The position numbers and the translations under genes were made by a program. Below, in pieces: positions 10,848-25,444 of a stretch of 64,000 bases of DNA; position 1 is the stretch's first letter, and the number at the start of each line of letters is the position of its first letter. Source of the stretch: the human T2T-CHM13v2.0 reference genome, Homo sapiens; the NCBI RefSeq assembly GCF_009914755.1, contig NC_060933.1; one strand, 5' to 3'. The notes under the pieces are model-generated. The model made no database searches, was not told where the DNA came from, and saw only the letters and a program-made list of their open reading frames with translations.

Positions 10848-12699
10848 AGAAGGAAACACTTATAATGTTAAATGAACAAAGCAGGATTTGCAAACAAAAG
10901 AGATAAGCGAACTCCATGCTGCTTTTCAGGGACAACTTTGCTGGTAAGTTCAGACTTTCTAATGGTTCATAGTTGTCCAAAGAGAGATCAGGCTGCTCCA
11001 GAGATAGTGAGGTCCTTGTCAAAGAAGGAGTTTAAGAATGAGTCTTGGCAAGGAGCATGGAGGGGGTCAGAAGTAGGGGTCAGGGGAGTTGACGTTTGAT
11101 TACCTCAAACTGAGCCACCATTCCTGTAGTACAGTGCCCGACCCTGAGACCTGGACTGGACAAAACATGGTCATGATTGAGAAATAAATGTGTACAGAAA
11201 TGATTTGCCTGCTTTTTATGCAGACATTAAAGGAGGAGTAAGTGAACGGTGTCATAATGAAATTAATGTGTGCTTAATGCAGGTTAGGATACACAATCTC
11301 ACAGAGGCGCATTTACATATGATCTACATTCCTTTTAAATGGTAGGGAGAGTACTATGTATGCATAACGACTCTTTGAGAATTAAATCAGAAGACTCATT
11401 TTCCAACACTGAGCCTGTGGCATCAAAGCCCCTGTATCTGGGTGGAGAAAACATTCCCAAGCTTTGAAGGTGATCAGTCATGTCTATTTCCTTTTAAAAT
11501 TGCCTGCAAGCCCATAGCCCAGCAGAGGCATTTGTGCTCTTTCATCTCTCTGGTTCCCAGAGTACCAGTTAACACTGTGGGCCACACCTGTGGGCCCCCT
11601 AAGATGATAGGAGAAAGTAGGGACAAATTCTCCCAGTCGGGAAGGGGGGTTGAGGTGCCTCTGTTGTCTGGCAGGTGGAGAGATCCCATGCACCTGGGTA
11701 AGTAATTAGGCAACAAGAATGGGTGTGATTTTCTTCCTCTTCAGCCTCCAGCCTGAAAACAAACACAACACAGGGAAGACTAGCCAATCCCCCATTCAGA
11801 GCAGATGTGTGCCCACCCGGCAGCTGCTGAAGTGGGTATGAATGTCCCATCCATTAATTCCTCCCTTGAACGTAGAGATAAATGGCAGATATTCTCTGTC
11901 CTTGGGGAGCTTCCAGCACAGAGGAAGAGAATAGAAGCTCAGTTGAGCAAAGGCCACTCCATAAATAGGCCATGGATTTGAACCTCAAGCTTTAATAGTC
12001 AGGGCAATCATAGATAGTCTTCTCCAAGCTAAAGGAAGGTGAAAGCCCTTTCTCCAGACCTCTGGTGGGCGATTACAGAGCAGAAGGCAAGGTGAATTTC
12101 TAGAGGGAAGTTCCATAAATGACAGATGGGATTTTTAGGGAGACAGATTTCACTTCAATATTGCATGCAAGGGGATGTAGCAAGATGTAGAACTCTGCAA
12201 AGATGGGAATTCAGATACTGAGCAGACGAAAAAGAATGGTAGAGGATTTGCTGTTCTGCTGTAAACCACTATATAACTTGGACAAATTAAAGAAAACAGC
12301 TATGGACAGGCACTGGACAGTGTTCTAATACAGGGCTGTGATCCTTGAGAGCGTCAGGGGGTACACAATGTGAGCCCCACATCTACCCAAGCATTCTCCC
12401 TGGGGACACTTTCCAGGCCACTCTGCAGGGAGGTGGAGGCCAAGTGGTCTCACTGGACAGAAGAGGTAGACATCAGAATTCAGGAGTAAGGCAGAGATTT
12501 GGGGATCTAGGACAGAAAATGAGGAACCACAGAGAGGGAATCCCACAAGTCTTAGACCTTTGGCTGACCCTGTACTGCACAAGTACAGGGCAAGACTTGA
12601 GGGAGGCTGCTGGGAGGTGAGAGCTGAGCAGAGATTTGGGGCTCACACAGTGCTGATAAGATTTTAGAGTTCAGGCCCACCCAGAATGAACTGCCCCAG

Positions 12700-12900
12700 C
12701 CCCCCTGGGGTTCTTTCTCCAAGCTCAGTGACACTAGCATCAGCCTAGTGGCACACCCTGCAGAGGTCTCAGTTTGAGCTCCAAGGACCCCTCTTATATG
12801 CATCTAAGTTTTAGTCATTCCAGCCATTTCCATTGTTCTCCTAGCCCTCATGGTGGTAGCTGCTTCACAGTTGCTACCTCCAAGTTGCCTAGTTAATAAT
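12700..12900 (+). mobile_element. LTR33-family (ERVL) LTR portion; resumes ~13850-13890 after three Alus
   Basis: ctagccctcatggtggtagctgcttcacagttgctacctc...gttgcct resembles LTR33 as I recall it. Confidence 0.5.
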
Positions 12901-12904
12901 TCCT

Positions 12905-13857
<953 letters not shown>

Positions 13858-13889
13858 TCATCTGACTAGGTAGGCCTGAGTGATCTAGC

Positions 13890-15680
13890 TAATAGAACCA
13901 GGAGTGGTCCCAGGAAACAACTGTCAAAGATGGGTCACAATCAGAGAACTAGAAAGCTTAACTATAAATATGCTTCAATAATCATACAAATTATTTATTT
14001 AAATGATAAATAAGAATACATTTCTTGCAGCTACAGGGTCAGTATTGCTGAAAATGACACAAAAAATGTAATTGTGTGTGTTGCATAATTATAAGTTGAA
14101 TTCACAGGCTTTCCAGTCTCTTATGTGAAAGTTAGGGAATGAGAACCTGAGACTTGGAATGGAGAAATCTGGGTGGACTCAGATGAAGCTGAGAATCCTG
14201 AACCCTTGAGTCATTCTGAGCTTCCTTTGCCAATGGAAGCAGCTTGCCTGTCATGTCTGAGAAGACTCTCTTTCCCTTGCTTAAGGACCCTGTGTTAAGA
14301 TCACCCAAGGCAGTTGCCTTGCAAGAGATACCTTTTCTCCTCAAAACCTAGGGCTTGTGGCCACTAGACTTTCAACTGACATCAGAACTCTATGTACTTG
14401 AGTAGGGCACATACAAGGTTTACCCTGGGAAGATTTAGCTTCTACACCAAAAAAATGGCAAGATTTTGATACATTACATTGTAGAAACCTGGAGAATATG
14501 TGCATGAATAGATTCTTAGGGTGTTAGACCAAGGAAGGCAGAATAGAACTTAGCATCAAGTCAAATTTATTGATACAGGTACACTGATCAGAGATTCTGG
14601 ATTCAATGTGTTGATTTGTGCAGGGGGAAGGGGCTCTATAGTTTACTTAGCTGTTTGAGTGGAACTGGGACTCAATGGTGACCTATATTTAAAGACATTG
14701 AGGTGCCAGAACATCCTTGGTGTGTTGTAGGGGATGGGATAAGAAGGCTTAGGGAGATGTTGGAATAGATTTGTTATAGACAACTCGCACACTCACCCAC
14801 CCAACCAACCACTACATTCTCCAAGGGGGCCCAGAGGACATTCCCTTCACTATGACATTGGGAAATTCATTAGCGAGGGGACCACTACTATCCTTGAAGA
14901 CTTGGTGGTGGCTCTCCTCTATTGGCCACATATGAAGATAAGAGATGACACCACTGTGATGGGCTCCTTAATCCACTGGGAATCATGGGATCCCAGAATA
15001 GCAGAGGCCAAGTGGTAGCATCCAACTGCCAAGGGCAGAGCAGGGCACATACACTGTAATGGGCAGTAAAATGGAGTAAAATGGTGGACATCACTGTGTC
15101 TTGACTCACAGGAATCTTGTCATTGGCTAGTTGTCACAGTGTCCCTAGGACTGAAAGAGATGGGCATCTTACTAAAATGCTGTGTGCTTTATGTAACAGG
15201 GAAAACTCCATATCTGGTGTCTAGAAGCTGATTTCAATCACCACAGTGGACAGCCAGAATTTCTTGTCCATTTTCAGACCTAGTATTAACCCAGAGCCTC
15301 TTCTTTGAAAGGACGGCTGGGTCCCCTTAAAGAAGGACTCTTTACAAATGTATCCTATAAACCATCCTGTAAGCCCTCCCCAGAGGGACCTCTGACCGTT
15401 TACGAGAGTGAACCACCATAGCCCACAGTCAAAGTCGGGGAATACAGCACTCAGGGCCCAAGTTCAGATCACAGAGCACACATCCTGTGGTTACTTCCCC
15501 ACTTCCTAAATAGAATAGATGCACTTGGCAACCAGCAAAATCCCAGCATCAGCTCTGTGACACAAAGTGGAAGGCCCTGGAACTTCCTTTCTGACCAGGA
15601 GGGTAAAATATCTGCTGCCAGTTTCCTCACAAATAATTGAAAGAGAATTCATCTTGCCAATGGGAGAATTCACTTTCTTA
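13890..15680 (+). mobile_element. Degenerate ERVL-class internal region (ERVL-E / ERV3-16A3-like gag-pro remnant)
   Basis: accaggagtggtcccaggaaaca start, then gaacctgagacttggaatggagaaatctgggtggactcagatgaagct, cagagattctggattcaatgtgtt and tgggtccccttaaagaaggac, all hallmark ERVL internal segments. No long ORF. Confidence 0.7.
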
Positions 15681-15826
15681 GAAGGCAGCACAGCCTAGTC
15701 TCATAGGAGGAAAGCACCTGCCCCCTTTTTCATGTCTTTGGCCTTTTTCCTTTCAAAATAATAATGTACCATTATTGTGCTAAGAGCACTTGATTGCTTT
15801 CTGATCCAGATCAACAAAAAATTACA

Positions 15827-16383
15827 CAGCAAGTCCTTCTTTAACACCGTGGATAGGTTCTTGGAAACTGACTTTAAGTGAGACAACGTATAACAAAACC
15901 AATTTTACGTAGGCTCATTGATACAGACAAGAGGTTAAGTTCCTATGGCATATTTCTGGTTATAAAAACGTTACCAAACTTCTAAATAAAAACCCCAAAT
16001 ACTTCTAATCATAAACATTAAAATGAATGTGAACTATAGGTACATTTAAGAAAAATTAATAAGAACAAGATAATTATTACTCAGGGTTGCAAGAGCTGAA
16101 CCCTATCTGAGCAGCTCAGAGCACAAGGCAGGAACTGACCCTGACCATCGCAGGGCACGCTCACACACACCCACAGTCACTCACACTGGGACCATGCAGA
16201 CACGCCAGTTCCCCTCAGTGGTGCACATCTTCAGGCATCTCCTGGAGAAAACCCACACAGACATGAGGATAACGTGCAAACTCCACACAGACAGTGGTCC
16301 TGGCTGGAGGTGGTTTCCTTTTTTCTCATCAATGTTGTAAAAAAATCGCGTTGAATGTGACAACTTTATTCAAGGACCTGCTG
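15827..16383 (-). mobile_element. MER6-family TcMar-Tigger DNA transposon
   Basis: Terminal inverted repeats cagcaagtcctt / aaggacctgctg(ta); internal gagaaaacccacacagacatg...aacgtgcaaactccacacagacagtgg. Confidence 0.8.
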
Positions 16384-17109
16384 TAGCTTCTTCCCCCACT
16401 TATTCTCAAATTTCTTCCATACCGGGGAGGGGTACAGGTCTCAGTTCATCTTGCCACATCACATCCCTAATCTGTAGATTCACTGATGCATTGACTCATT
16501 TGTTCTTCATCCAGCAAGCTCTCAGAAGGCTCGCTGTACACCTGGCCTGTGCTGGACACTGGGGAGTAGCTGAGGAAGCCATGCTCTGTGTGCTCAAGAA
16601 GGTGGCCCAGGTAGGGTGGATAGGGAAGCAATTTCAGCTCAATGAATGTTACTACTGAAGAGTATTCGGGGAAAAGAGAGTCAAGGAAAGCTCCTGGACA
16701 GAGCACTTCCTAAATTAAATTTCAGAGAGCCAGTAGGTTTTGGCCTGGAAGGATGATACAGAAGGGGAATCCACATGGAGGGAACAGTGTATGGGAAGGC
16801 ATGAGGACCAGAGAGAGGACAGCACAGTCAAGAGCAGGAGCAAGCTCAGCACAGCTGTGGTGTTGTGTGGGGTGTGGAGACATAGGAGGGGAAACCTGAG
16901 ACGTCAGTAAGAGCCAGACCATCAGTCTTTCCTGGCCAGCTGAGAAGCTTGGAAATAGTGCAACCTAGGCTTGGCCACAGTAGAGCAGGCCTGTATTGCT
17001 TTCTGACAGACAGAGACTTCACAAGTGGAGGGGAAGGGGACAGCACGTACCCACCAGGGGCCACAGGATGAGCCTTTTGGAAAGTCCTTCTGGTTCTCCT
17101 TTCCTGTGT

Positions 17110-17237
17110 CTCACAGGCTGGAGTGCAGTGGTGCAATCATAGCTCACTGGAGCCTTGAACTTCTGGACTCAAGCAATCCTCCCACCTTGGCCTCCCAAAG
17201 TGTTGGGATTACAGGCATGAGCCACTGCACCTGGCCC
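17110..17237 (-). mobile_element. Alu monomer (FLAM-like)
   Basis: Single antisense monomer. Confidence 0.8.
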
Positions 17238-18314
17238 TTCCTGGGGCTTCTATCCAAATGTAAGGTTTGTGCTGGGACCACGTGTAGGAAATTGCCACCT
17301 TGTGGGTAATGCTGGAATTACAGATCTAGAAATGATGATGTTCCTTATTTCTGAATTCAGTATGTATTTGCTAATAATTACAAGCCACAGTGCTGGAATA
17401 AGGAGTCTATCAGGTGGAGAGAACAGAAATGCATACAGAAGTCAGTGAATGTTCAGAGGTATGCCTGAAGCAATAGGTTGGTGAGGGAGGTCATGGAAAG
17501 CTACAGAGATGACACCTGCACTGAGTCAGGTAAAAAGGGGTCTTTGGGGGCCATATTCACTTTCCATCCTGCAGCGCAGAATAGGAGAGGACTCACTCAA
17601 GGTCACACAGCTCTTCAGGGCAGAGCTGGGGCAAGCACCCAAGTTTCTCGGTATGTCAGCCCAGAGCTCTTTCTTATACATGGTTGGCCTTCAGTTTAAA
17701 TGGGTCCCACTCCTGGTGCTCTAGAAATGGCCTTTGCAGAATCTGATCTTCCGCTCCTGCCTGTTCACAGGCCCCATCATGGTAACTGGTCACAGCCAGC
17801 TTTCTGATGCAGTAATCTCTTCCTTTGTGATCTGAATTCTGTCTGTGTGAAATTGCAAAACACAAACTCTCCCTAGGGTGAATACTGTGCTGAAGCCAGG
17901 ATCTTGTCCTCCCTGGGAAGAAGAAACAAGGTGTGTCCCAAGAGCATTTATCCTCAGGGACTAGCATAGTCCTTGGTACATAAGTACTTTGAAATTTTTG
18001 TGATGTGAATGAATGAGTGAAGACAGGGGAGGTGGATAGGCCTGAGAGGTTAGTCCCAGCTCTCCTGTGGGCTTATCCAGAGTTGAGTTTTCTCTAGAAT
18101 AGTCTGGAAAGATTAGTTGGGGATAGATTACAAAGGTCGCTGAATGCCCAGCTAAAAAGATTGTCTTTCTTCTACTAGCAGAGGGGAAGCAAACCTGTTA
18201 GAGAACAGGGAAGGAGCAGGATCAGAATATAGGTTGGTTTCATTCCTTGTCAAAGAGAGAAAAATAGTCCCAAGTCAAAACTCTATCTGTCCCAGAAAGC
18301 CATTGATATTACTT

Positions 18315-19040
18315 TGTGAACCCAAAAATATCGGAGACAGGTTTCAATCAGTTTAGAAAGTTTGTTTTGCCAGGGTTAAGGACACACTCGTGATACAGCC
18401 TGAGGAGGTGCTGACGACATGTGCCCAAGGTGGTCGGGGCACAGCTTGGTTTTATACATTTTAGGAAGAGATGAGACATCAATCAACATGTGTAAGAAGT
18501 ACATTGGTTCTGTCTGGTGTGGTGGGACAAGCCAAAGTGGGGGCTTCTCGGTCATAGGTAGATAAGAGACAAATGGTTGCATTCTTTTGAGTGTCTGATT
18601 AGCCTTTCCCCGAATACACAGTTTACATGTGAGAGGAGGGTAGAGGAATAGTCACTTATCCCTTAGTCTGGCTCAGTGAATCTGCACTTTTACATAAACA
18701 ATAGGGTAGAGGAAGCAATCAGATATGCATTTGTCTGGGGTGAACAAAGGGATAACTTTGAGTTCTGTCTGTCCTTTGTACTGCACGTGTGAAGATAAGC
18801 CATCAATTTACATAGCCAAGGTGAAATTCAACAGAACTGTTTTAGGGTAAAGACCCTGAGGCCCACAGAGAATTTCCTTGTGGGTAAATTATGAGAAAGG
18901 TATGTAGCTTTTTTTTTAAATTGAAGCTTTGTGGCTATCTTATTTAGAAATAAAATGGGAAGTAGATTTGCCTGACTTAGTTCCCAGCTTGACTTTTCCC
19001 TTTAGCTTAGTGAGGGTCTGAGACAGATTTTCCTTTCACA
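18315..19040 (-). mobile_element. MER4-family (MER4A-like) solo LTR, ERV1
   Basis: TG...CA ends (tgtgaacc / tttcaca), 4-bp TSD ACTT on both sides, and MER4 core acatgtgcccaaggtggtcggggcacagcttggttttatacatttt. Confidence 0.88.
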
Positions 19041-20852
19041 ACTTAATGAAGAAATTGCACTAGGTCTTCTAGATATCTGAGTTTTTTTGTTTCTAAAGTT
19101 AGTAATTAAACCATATCTCTAGAGAATAACTAGAAGCTGGCCTGTGATAAGCTTACAACACTCAGGAAACAAGCACAACCTTTGTGATACACTGTTGAAT
19201 TTCCTTCTGTGACATCACCCAGGCTGTGAACCCTGCTACATACAGGGCCCCAGTACAGTAACTCTTCCTAACCTGGGTCTGGTGCAGTCAGTAATCTCTT
19301 TCCTCACTCTCTGCCAACTGCAGCACCATTGCATTAACTCCTGGAAAAAAGTCGGTAGTGGAGTGCTATAGGGCTCTGTTCTCGTCAATGTTTTTATCGG
19401 TAACCTAGATGAACTCAGAGTATTCAAATGCCCCCAAAGAAATTAATATACGTTGGATAGGAAAAGCAATATTCAAAAAGGCTTGCATAGCTTAGCATGG
19501 TGAAGAGAAATCAAATGTTGAAATGTTCTGGAGATACATGTCAAGTTCTATGTTTGAGTTCAGCACAAAAATGAGAAAGCCCAAGAGAAGGGAAATGAAA
19601 TCTATCATGCTGGTTTCAAAAGGGTCCAAGCCTGGAGCATGACAGCCCCTCAGAAGTAAATCTTTACTACTATGAACCAAATTTTCCGGAATTTAAGCAT
19701 TTTAAAACCAATGTCCAGAATTTAAGCATTTTAAAGCCAATGTCTTAGCTTTTTATTTTCCCCCACTTTAAGATGGCTGCCTTCCCAGTGTCCCCAGAGT
19801 GGTTGGTGACAACTCAATAATGACTCTTCCTTAATGGTATGAAGAGAGGAATTGTAAGATTATGAGGAAACTTGCCACAATCATCCAAGAATTTAAAATA
19901 TCCATTTGAAGTCTGGGAAGTGGAGCCAGGAAGCACGTTTTGGATGGGCACTCCTGGAAGAGAGCATCTCTGTGTGCCTAGAAGGAGAAGAGCTTTGCAA
20001 TTCTTTTTTATGAACCATGTGACGAAGATGTACCAAGAACTGCTTCTATCAGTGAAGGAGACAGCCTGGTTTCAGAGGAAATGCATTTACAGTGATTCTT
20101 TGCTTTTAGACATTCAGCAAAAGAGGTATGTTGTACTCAATCTTTGTATTTCTCATTCTCTTTTTTCTTTCATCATTTTCATTTTGAGAATAAGTATGTA
20201 TGGGGCCTCCCCTGTATCCCAGATATCATGCTGAATCAGATCTAGCTGTGGCTTCCAAGCCACTCTGGCCTAGAAGGGGGCTGTGACTTTGTGACTGTGT
20301 GCTCAGTACCTGGCACATAGTCGGCTCCCAATGATAGCCAATGTTCACTGAGTGCTTACTGTCTGTCAGGTACCCTGCTAAGTATTTTATATCTACTAGC
20401 TCATTTCAGCCCCACTGTCCATAAGGTGGTCATAGCTTATCTTAGATAAAACTGAGGCTCAGGGAGGTTAACAATGAAACTTGCTTGAAGTTACACAGCT
20501 GGTAAATGATGGAGTTGGCCCTCAAGTCCACACTTGGAACCACTGCACCTGACTATTTCTCCGTAAGTATGTGTTAAATGAACAAATAAACTTATGACAT
20601 AAAAGGATGTAGGCCAAGTCCAGACAGAATATTGCATCACGGCAGATCAGAAGATACTTCATGCAGATTCTGCTTGAGGCAGGATTTAATGAACAAGAGT
20701 GATGCCGATCAGTAGAGGTGGGAGGAGCCACTCCAGGCAGGAGTGAAGAGGTCAGGGTTGGCAAACACAAATGGCCTGGGTTTGTCAGTTATGGTGTCTA
20801 TTTACTGCCTCCATGACTGTCTCCTACTCCGCCATGGCTGATTCAATCAGGG

Positions 20853-20985
20853 GTGTTATGGACTGAACTGTATCTCCCTCCCGAATTCCTGTGTTGAAGC
20901 CCTAACTCTCAGTACCTTAGAATGTAACTGTATTTGGAGATAGGACATTTAAAGAGGTAATTACATCAAAATGAAGCTTTATCCT
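20853..20985 (+). mobile_element. MaLR (MLT1/MST) LTR 5' fragment
   Basis: tgttatggactgaac...gttgaagccctaac...gtatttggagatagg. Confidence 0.7.
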
Positions 20986-21044
20986 TAAAATAAAGGATGG
21001 ACCATGTGGTGCTTGCAAGTCCTCTACATTCTGTGCTGTGTCTG

Positions 21045-21460
21045 CTATGGTAACACCAGCTGCTAAAACAAATAAGCCCCACTCTTCACCCGCTTATTAC
21101 AATAGAACTTTGCTTCTTGCTCATGCACTAGTCTGTGAGAGGACAGCCTGTGTAGAGGACAGTTTTGTCTGCAGGGTGATTCATGGACCCAGATGCCTTC
21201 CATCCTGTGATTCTATATCCTTCAGAGCCTTAGAGTCCAACCAACAGATGGGGAAGGAGAAGGTGGGAAAGACACGCTTGTTCCTTGGCCATCTTGGCCT
21301 AGAAGTGACACACATCACTTTGGCTCACACTCCATGGGTGAGACCTAGTCCATGTCTGTCCCTAGATGCTGGGGTGGCTGGGAAGTATGGCCTGGGATGA
21401 AAAGATCCTTACTTTATAGAAAGGGAGCAGGAACACCTGGTGGACAGCTAGCGTGTCCTG
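21045..21460. mobile_element. Old MLT1 (J/K-like) LTR
   Basis: ggcctagaagtgacacacatcactt..gctcacactccat....ggctgggaa motif. Confidence 0.55.
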
Positions 21461-22579
21461 CCATGTGGTTGGAATTCAGTTCTGAACTTGTCTCCGGCCT
21501 GTTCTCCTCGCGAATGGGCTGCTTTGTTTCCAAGAGAATCTGGAAGCCCGTGGTCCTAGTGTGTTGCCTTAAGGCAGAGTCCTAGTTTATTTCCGGTAAT
21601 AATTTTTACAGCTAACCAAAGGGGCCATGGCTGCTGGGCGAAGCTCTGACAGCTCAGGGGGATGGTGCCCACAGCAGGAGCTTGAAAGGGTCCACAAGAG
21701 CCCAGGAGAGAGGAAATAGGAGTGTAAGTCCTACATTTGCAGCATGAGAAGGGGAGGAAGAGCTGAATAGTCAGCAGTGTTCTGGAATGAGGAAGTGGGC
21801 TGCCTGCTTGCTTTCATTTCTTAGGTAAATATTTGCTGGAAGTTTGCCTTTTCTCTGAGTTTTTCAGTGCTGTGACGAGAACTGGGCAGAACATCAGCTC
21901 ATCAGAAGCAGTGACATCCAAGAGCCCAGAGGAGCCTGAAGAACAATTGAGAGAAGCCTCCTTTGCCAACGCGTTGCCCACCAGGGCTGCACGTGGTACC
22001 CTTGCTCCAAGATGCTTCCCAAAAACACCAGGTAAGCTTTAAGAGGCAGATCTGAGACAAGTCATGCTGGATAGCGGCATGTTCCTAGCAACTGTCTTCT
22101 TTGATGCTGGTGTTTAATGAAAACCAGGAGAAAGGCATGTTTTAGCTAATTTGTAGACAGGCTGGCATGGAGGAAATGACATAGATAGGTTACTTGGTCA
22201 GCGAATAGATTTCCTTTCATCTTCAGTTCAGAGACAGAGTGGAGTGGGCAGAGCCCAGATGTGTTGTTAGGGGGCCTGGGTTCAAATCCTGGAGTTTCCT
22301 CATCTCTGAATCAGGGGTGATACCCCCTGCCTTACCTAAACCACAGCTTTGTGAAGATCATATGAGAACAAGAATGTGAAAGGATTCGAGATCTGTAAAG
22401 TCTTGCCCCGATGGCAGGAATTAAGAATTCTTATTCTAACCTTCAAATGTTTTAGATCCAAGAACTGAAAGCCTACTCCAAAATATAACAAAAAATCCAA
22501 CCATCACTTCTGGCGTCACAATATCTGTTTTGAACTGTGGGGGATCAAAGAGGGAAATGAGCCAAGAAAACACCAACAG

Positions 22580-23206
22580 GGGTGGGACTGTAAACTAGTT
22601 CAACCATTGTGGAAGTCAGTGTGGCGATTCCTCAGGGATCTAGAACTAGAAATACCATTTGACCCAGCCATCCCATTACTGGGTATAGACCCAAAGGATT
22701 ATAAATCATGCTGCTATAAAGACACATGTACACGTATGTTTACAGCGGCACTATTCACAATAGCAAAGACTTGGAACCAACCTAAATGTCCAACAATGAT
22801 AGACTGGATTAAGAAAATGTGGCACATATACACCACGGAATACTGTGCAGCCATAAAAAATGATGAGTTCATGTCCTTTGTAGGGACATGGATGAAACTG
22901 GAAACCATCATTCTCAGCAAACTATCACAAGGACAAAAAACCAAACACCGCATGTTCTCACTCATAGGTGGGAACTGAACAATGAGAACACATGGACACA
23001 GGAAGGGGAATATCACACTCTGGGGACTGTTGTGGGGTGCGGGGAGTGGGGAGGAATAGCATTAGGAGATATACCTAATGTAAATGATGAGTTAATGGGT
23101 GCAGCACACCAACGTGGCACATGTATACATATGTAACAAACCTGCATGTTGTGCACATGTACCCTAAAACTTAAAGTATAATAATAATAATAAAATTTAA
23201 AAAAAA
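22580..23206 (+). mobile_element. 5'-truncated L1PA (PA3/PA4-like) 3' end
   Basis: ORF2 C-terminus WKSVWRFLRDLELEIPFDPAIPLLG...HRMFSLIGGN (22607-22978), 3' UTR, A-rich tail, and a perfect 18-bp TSD aagaaaacaccaacaggg (22564-22581 and 23207-23224). Confidence 0.95.
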
Positions 23207-25116
23207 AAGAAAACACCAACAGGGATAATAAGAGTCACTTGGGAAAGGAGATTCCCAGAATCCCACCCACGGGAAGAAGGAGGGAGCCTGAGTGCAGTGG
23301 ATGGAAAAGACCTGAGGCTGGAAACAGACCAGAGGGACGGCTTGCAAGACCAGTGGACAGGGAGCACAGGAGGCAGCCAGAGGTGGGCAAAGACTGGAAC
23401 TGGAAGGTCTGAGAGCATTTTTCCTTTCCTCCCTGTCTCCAGCTGGCCCCTTGGGCTGGGAGAAGGGAAAGGCTAAGAGGAGGATTTTTAGGAAGATCCC
23501 TCTGGTCACAGGATGGAAAATGGTTAGGAGGTAGGAGCCCAAGCAGGAGGCTACTGAGATAGTCCAGACAAAGGGGACAGTGGCCTAGACGAAGGTGGTG
23601 GCTGTCAGGTTGGAGAGATGTGTCTGGATTTGGCAGGGATTGGAGAGGAAGGAGTGGAGGATGACTTTGGGTCCCTGACTTGGATGAATGGGTTGGGGGT
23701 GGTGCCACTCCTGAGATGAGGATGCCAGGGGAGGAGCAGGAAGTTGGGGTGTTCAGATGGGGCATGTTCGACTGGGGTGCCCATGGGACATCCAGAGACA
23801 GATAACCAGGAGGCTGACAATTGGCCTTGTGGTCTGGAATTAGAGGGAAAGTCCAGGATGGACCCAGAGCATGTGGCTTACCTTTTGGTGCCAGCTGTGC
23901 CCCTTGGACCCTTGATGTTCCTTTGAAGTCAGCACCATGCCCCTGAGAGCTTCTACCCATCCTTCTCAGGGCCCCCTCTCCATCACGGTCCTCTTCCTGG
24001 GTATGGTTCAGCTGGTCAGGGTCCTTCTCACAGGGCAGGGCCCAGCCTGAGCATGTAGTTCAGATTTGTCTACCAGTGAGGGGTGGGGGAGGGGTGTCAC
24101 TGTCCCCACTAAGGACCCCAGACATGAAACCTTTATCAATGTCTTAATGTCATTGTAGTGCCTGAATATGTTTCCTCTTTGGAAAATATAAGAAGGGTTC
24201 AAACTCCAGCTCTGCCAGCCTCTAGCTAAGTGACTTTGGGCTTTTACTTAACCTCTCTGAAGCCTCAGTTTTCTCATCCGTGAAGTGGGAATACATGTTA
24301 CACAGGTTGTGAAGGGTTAAATGAGACAATAACTATAAGAACCTTATCCAAATGCCCAGCACACAGCACACATTCAATAAACAATGGCTATTATTATTGT
24401 TATTTTTATTAAGTGAAAAGAAATGAAAAAGAGTATGGCTTTATTAGACAGTTAAGAAAGAAAGGAGGTAGAAAAGAAAAGTTTTTGTCTTCTTCAACAA
24501 CCAATTTTTTTTGTGGTAGCACTCTCTGAACTTTTCAGACATGCATGAAAATACCCTCCATGCACATTTTCTAATGTCCGGGGTACCAGCCAGAGCTGAC
24601 CATTCCTAGCCAGCCATACAGCAAGGTCAAAATGAATGGAGAAGTCAAGGCAAACACAACGAGAACAGAGATTTGGACATACAGAGAAGAAAGAGAGAGG
24701 CTCTGGGAGAAAATGAAATAAAAATGGGATGTTTATGTGTGGGCTTGATTGCAGAACTTTTCCTTGATTCTCAGAAGGTCACAGAAAGTGGCAGACATAG
24801 AGACAAGCCAACACACAAAGAGAGAAAGGCAGCGGGGCCGCATGTGACACTCTGAGGTGCTGTCAGAGGCAGGCCTGCAGGGGAAAAGGAGAAACCGGGA
24901 AACAACCAGAAAGACAGTCAGCAAACTTATGTGGGTTTATGGTAGTCATGGACTTCCTCTTATTTTATTTTAAAAATTTAAGCTTTTTATTATGGAAATA
25001 TGCAAACCCATGCAAAAGAAAAGGGAATAGTATCATGAACTGCCAGCTTCAACAACTGTCAACACATGGCCAATCTTGTTTCATTGATACTCCCCCATCC
25101 CCTCCTCCTCTCCTAG

Positions 25117-25444
<328 letters not shown>

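Noticed and set aside
22607-22978. 123-aa ORF as a gene
   Set aside because: C-terminus of L1 ORF2 in a 5'-truncated, promoterless insertion.
23235-23960. 241-aa minus-strand ORF
   Set aside because: Overlaps L2-like sequence; P/S/L-rich with no domain or exon structure.
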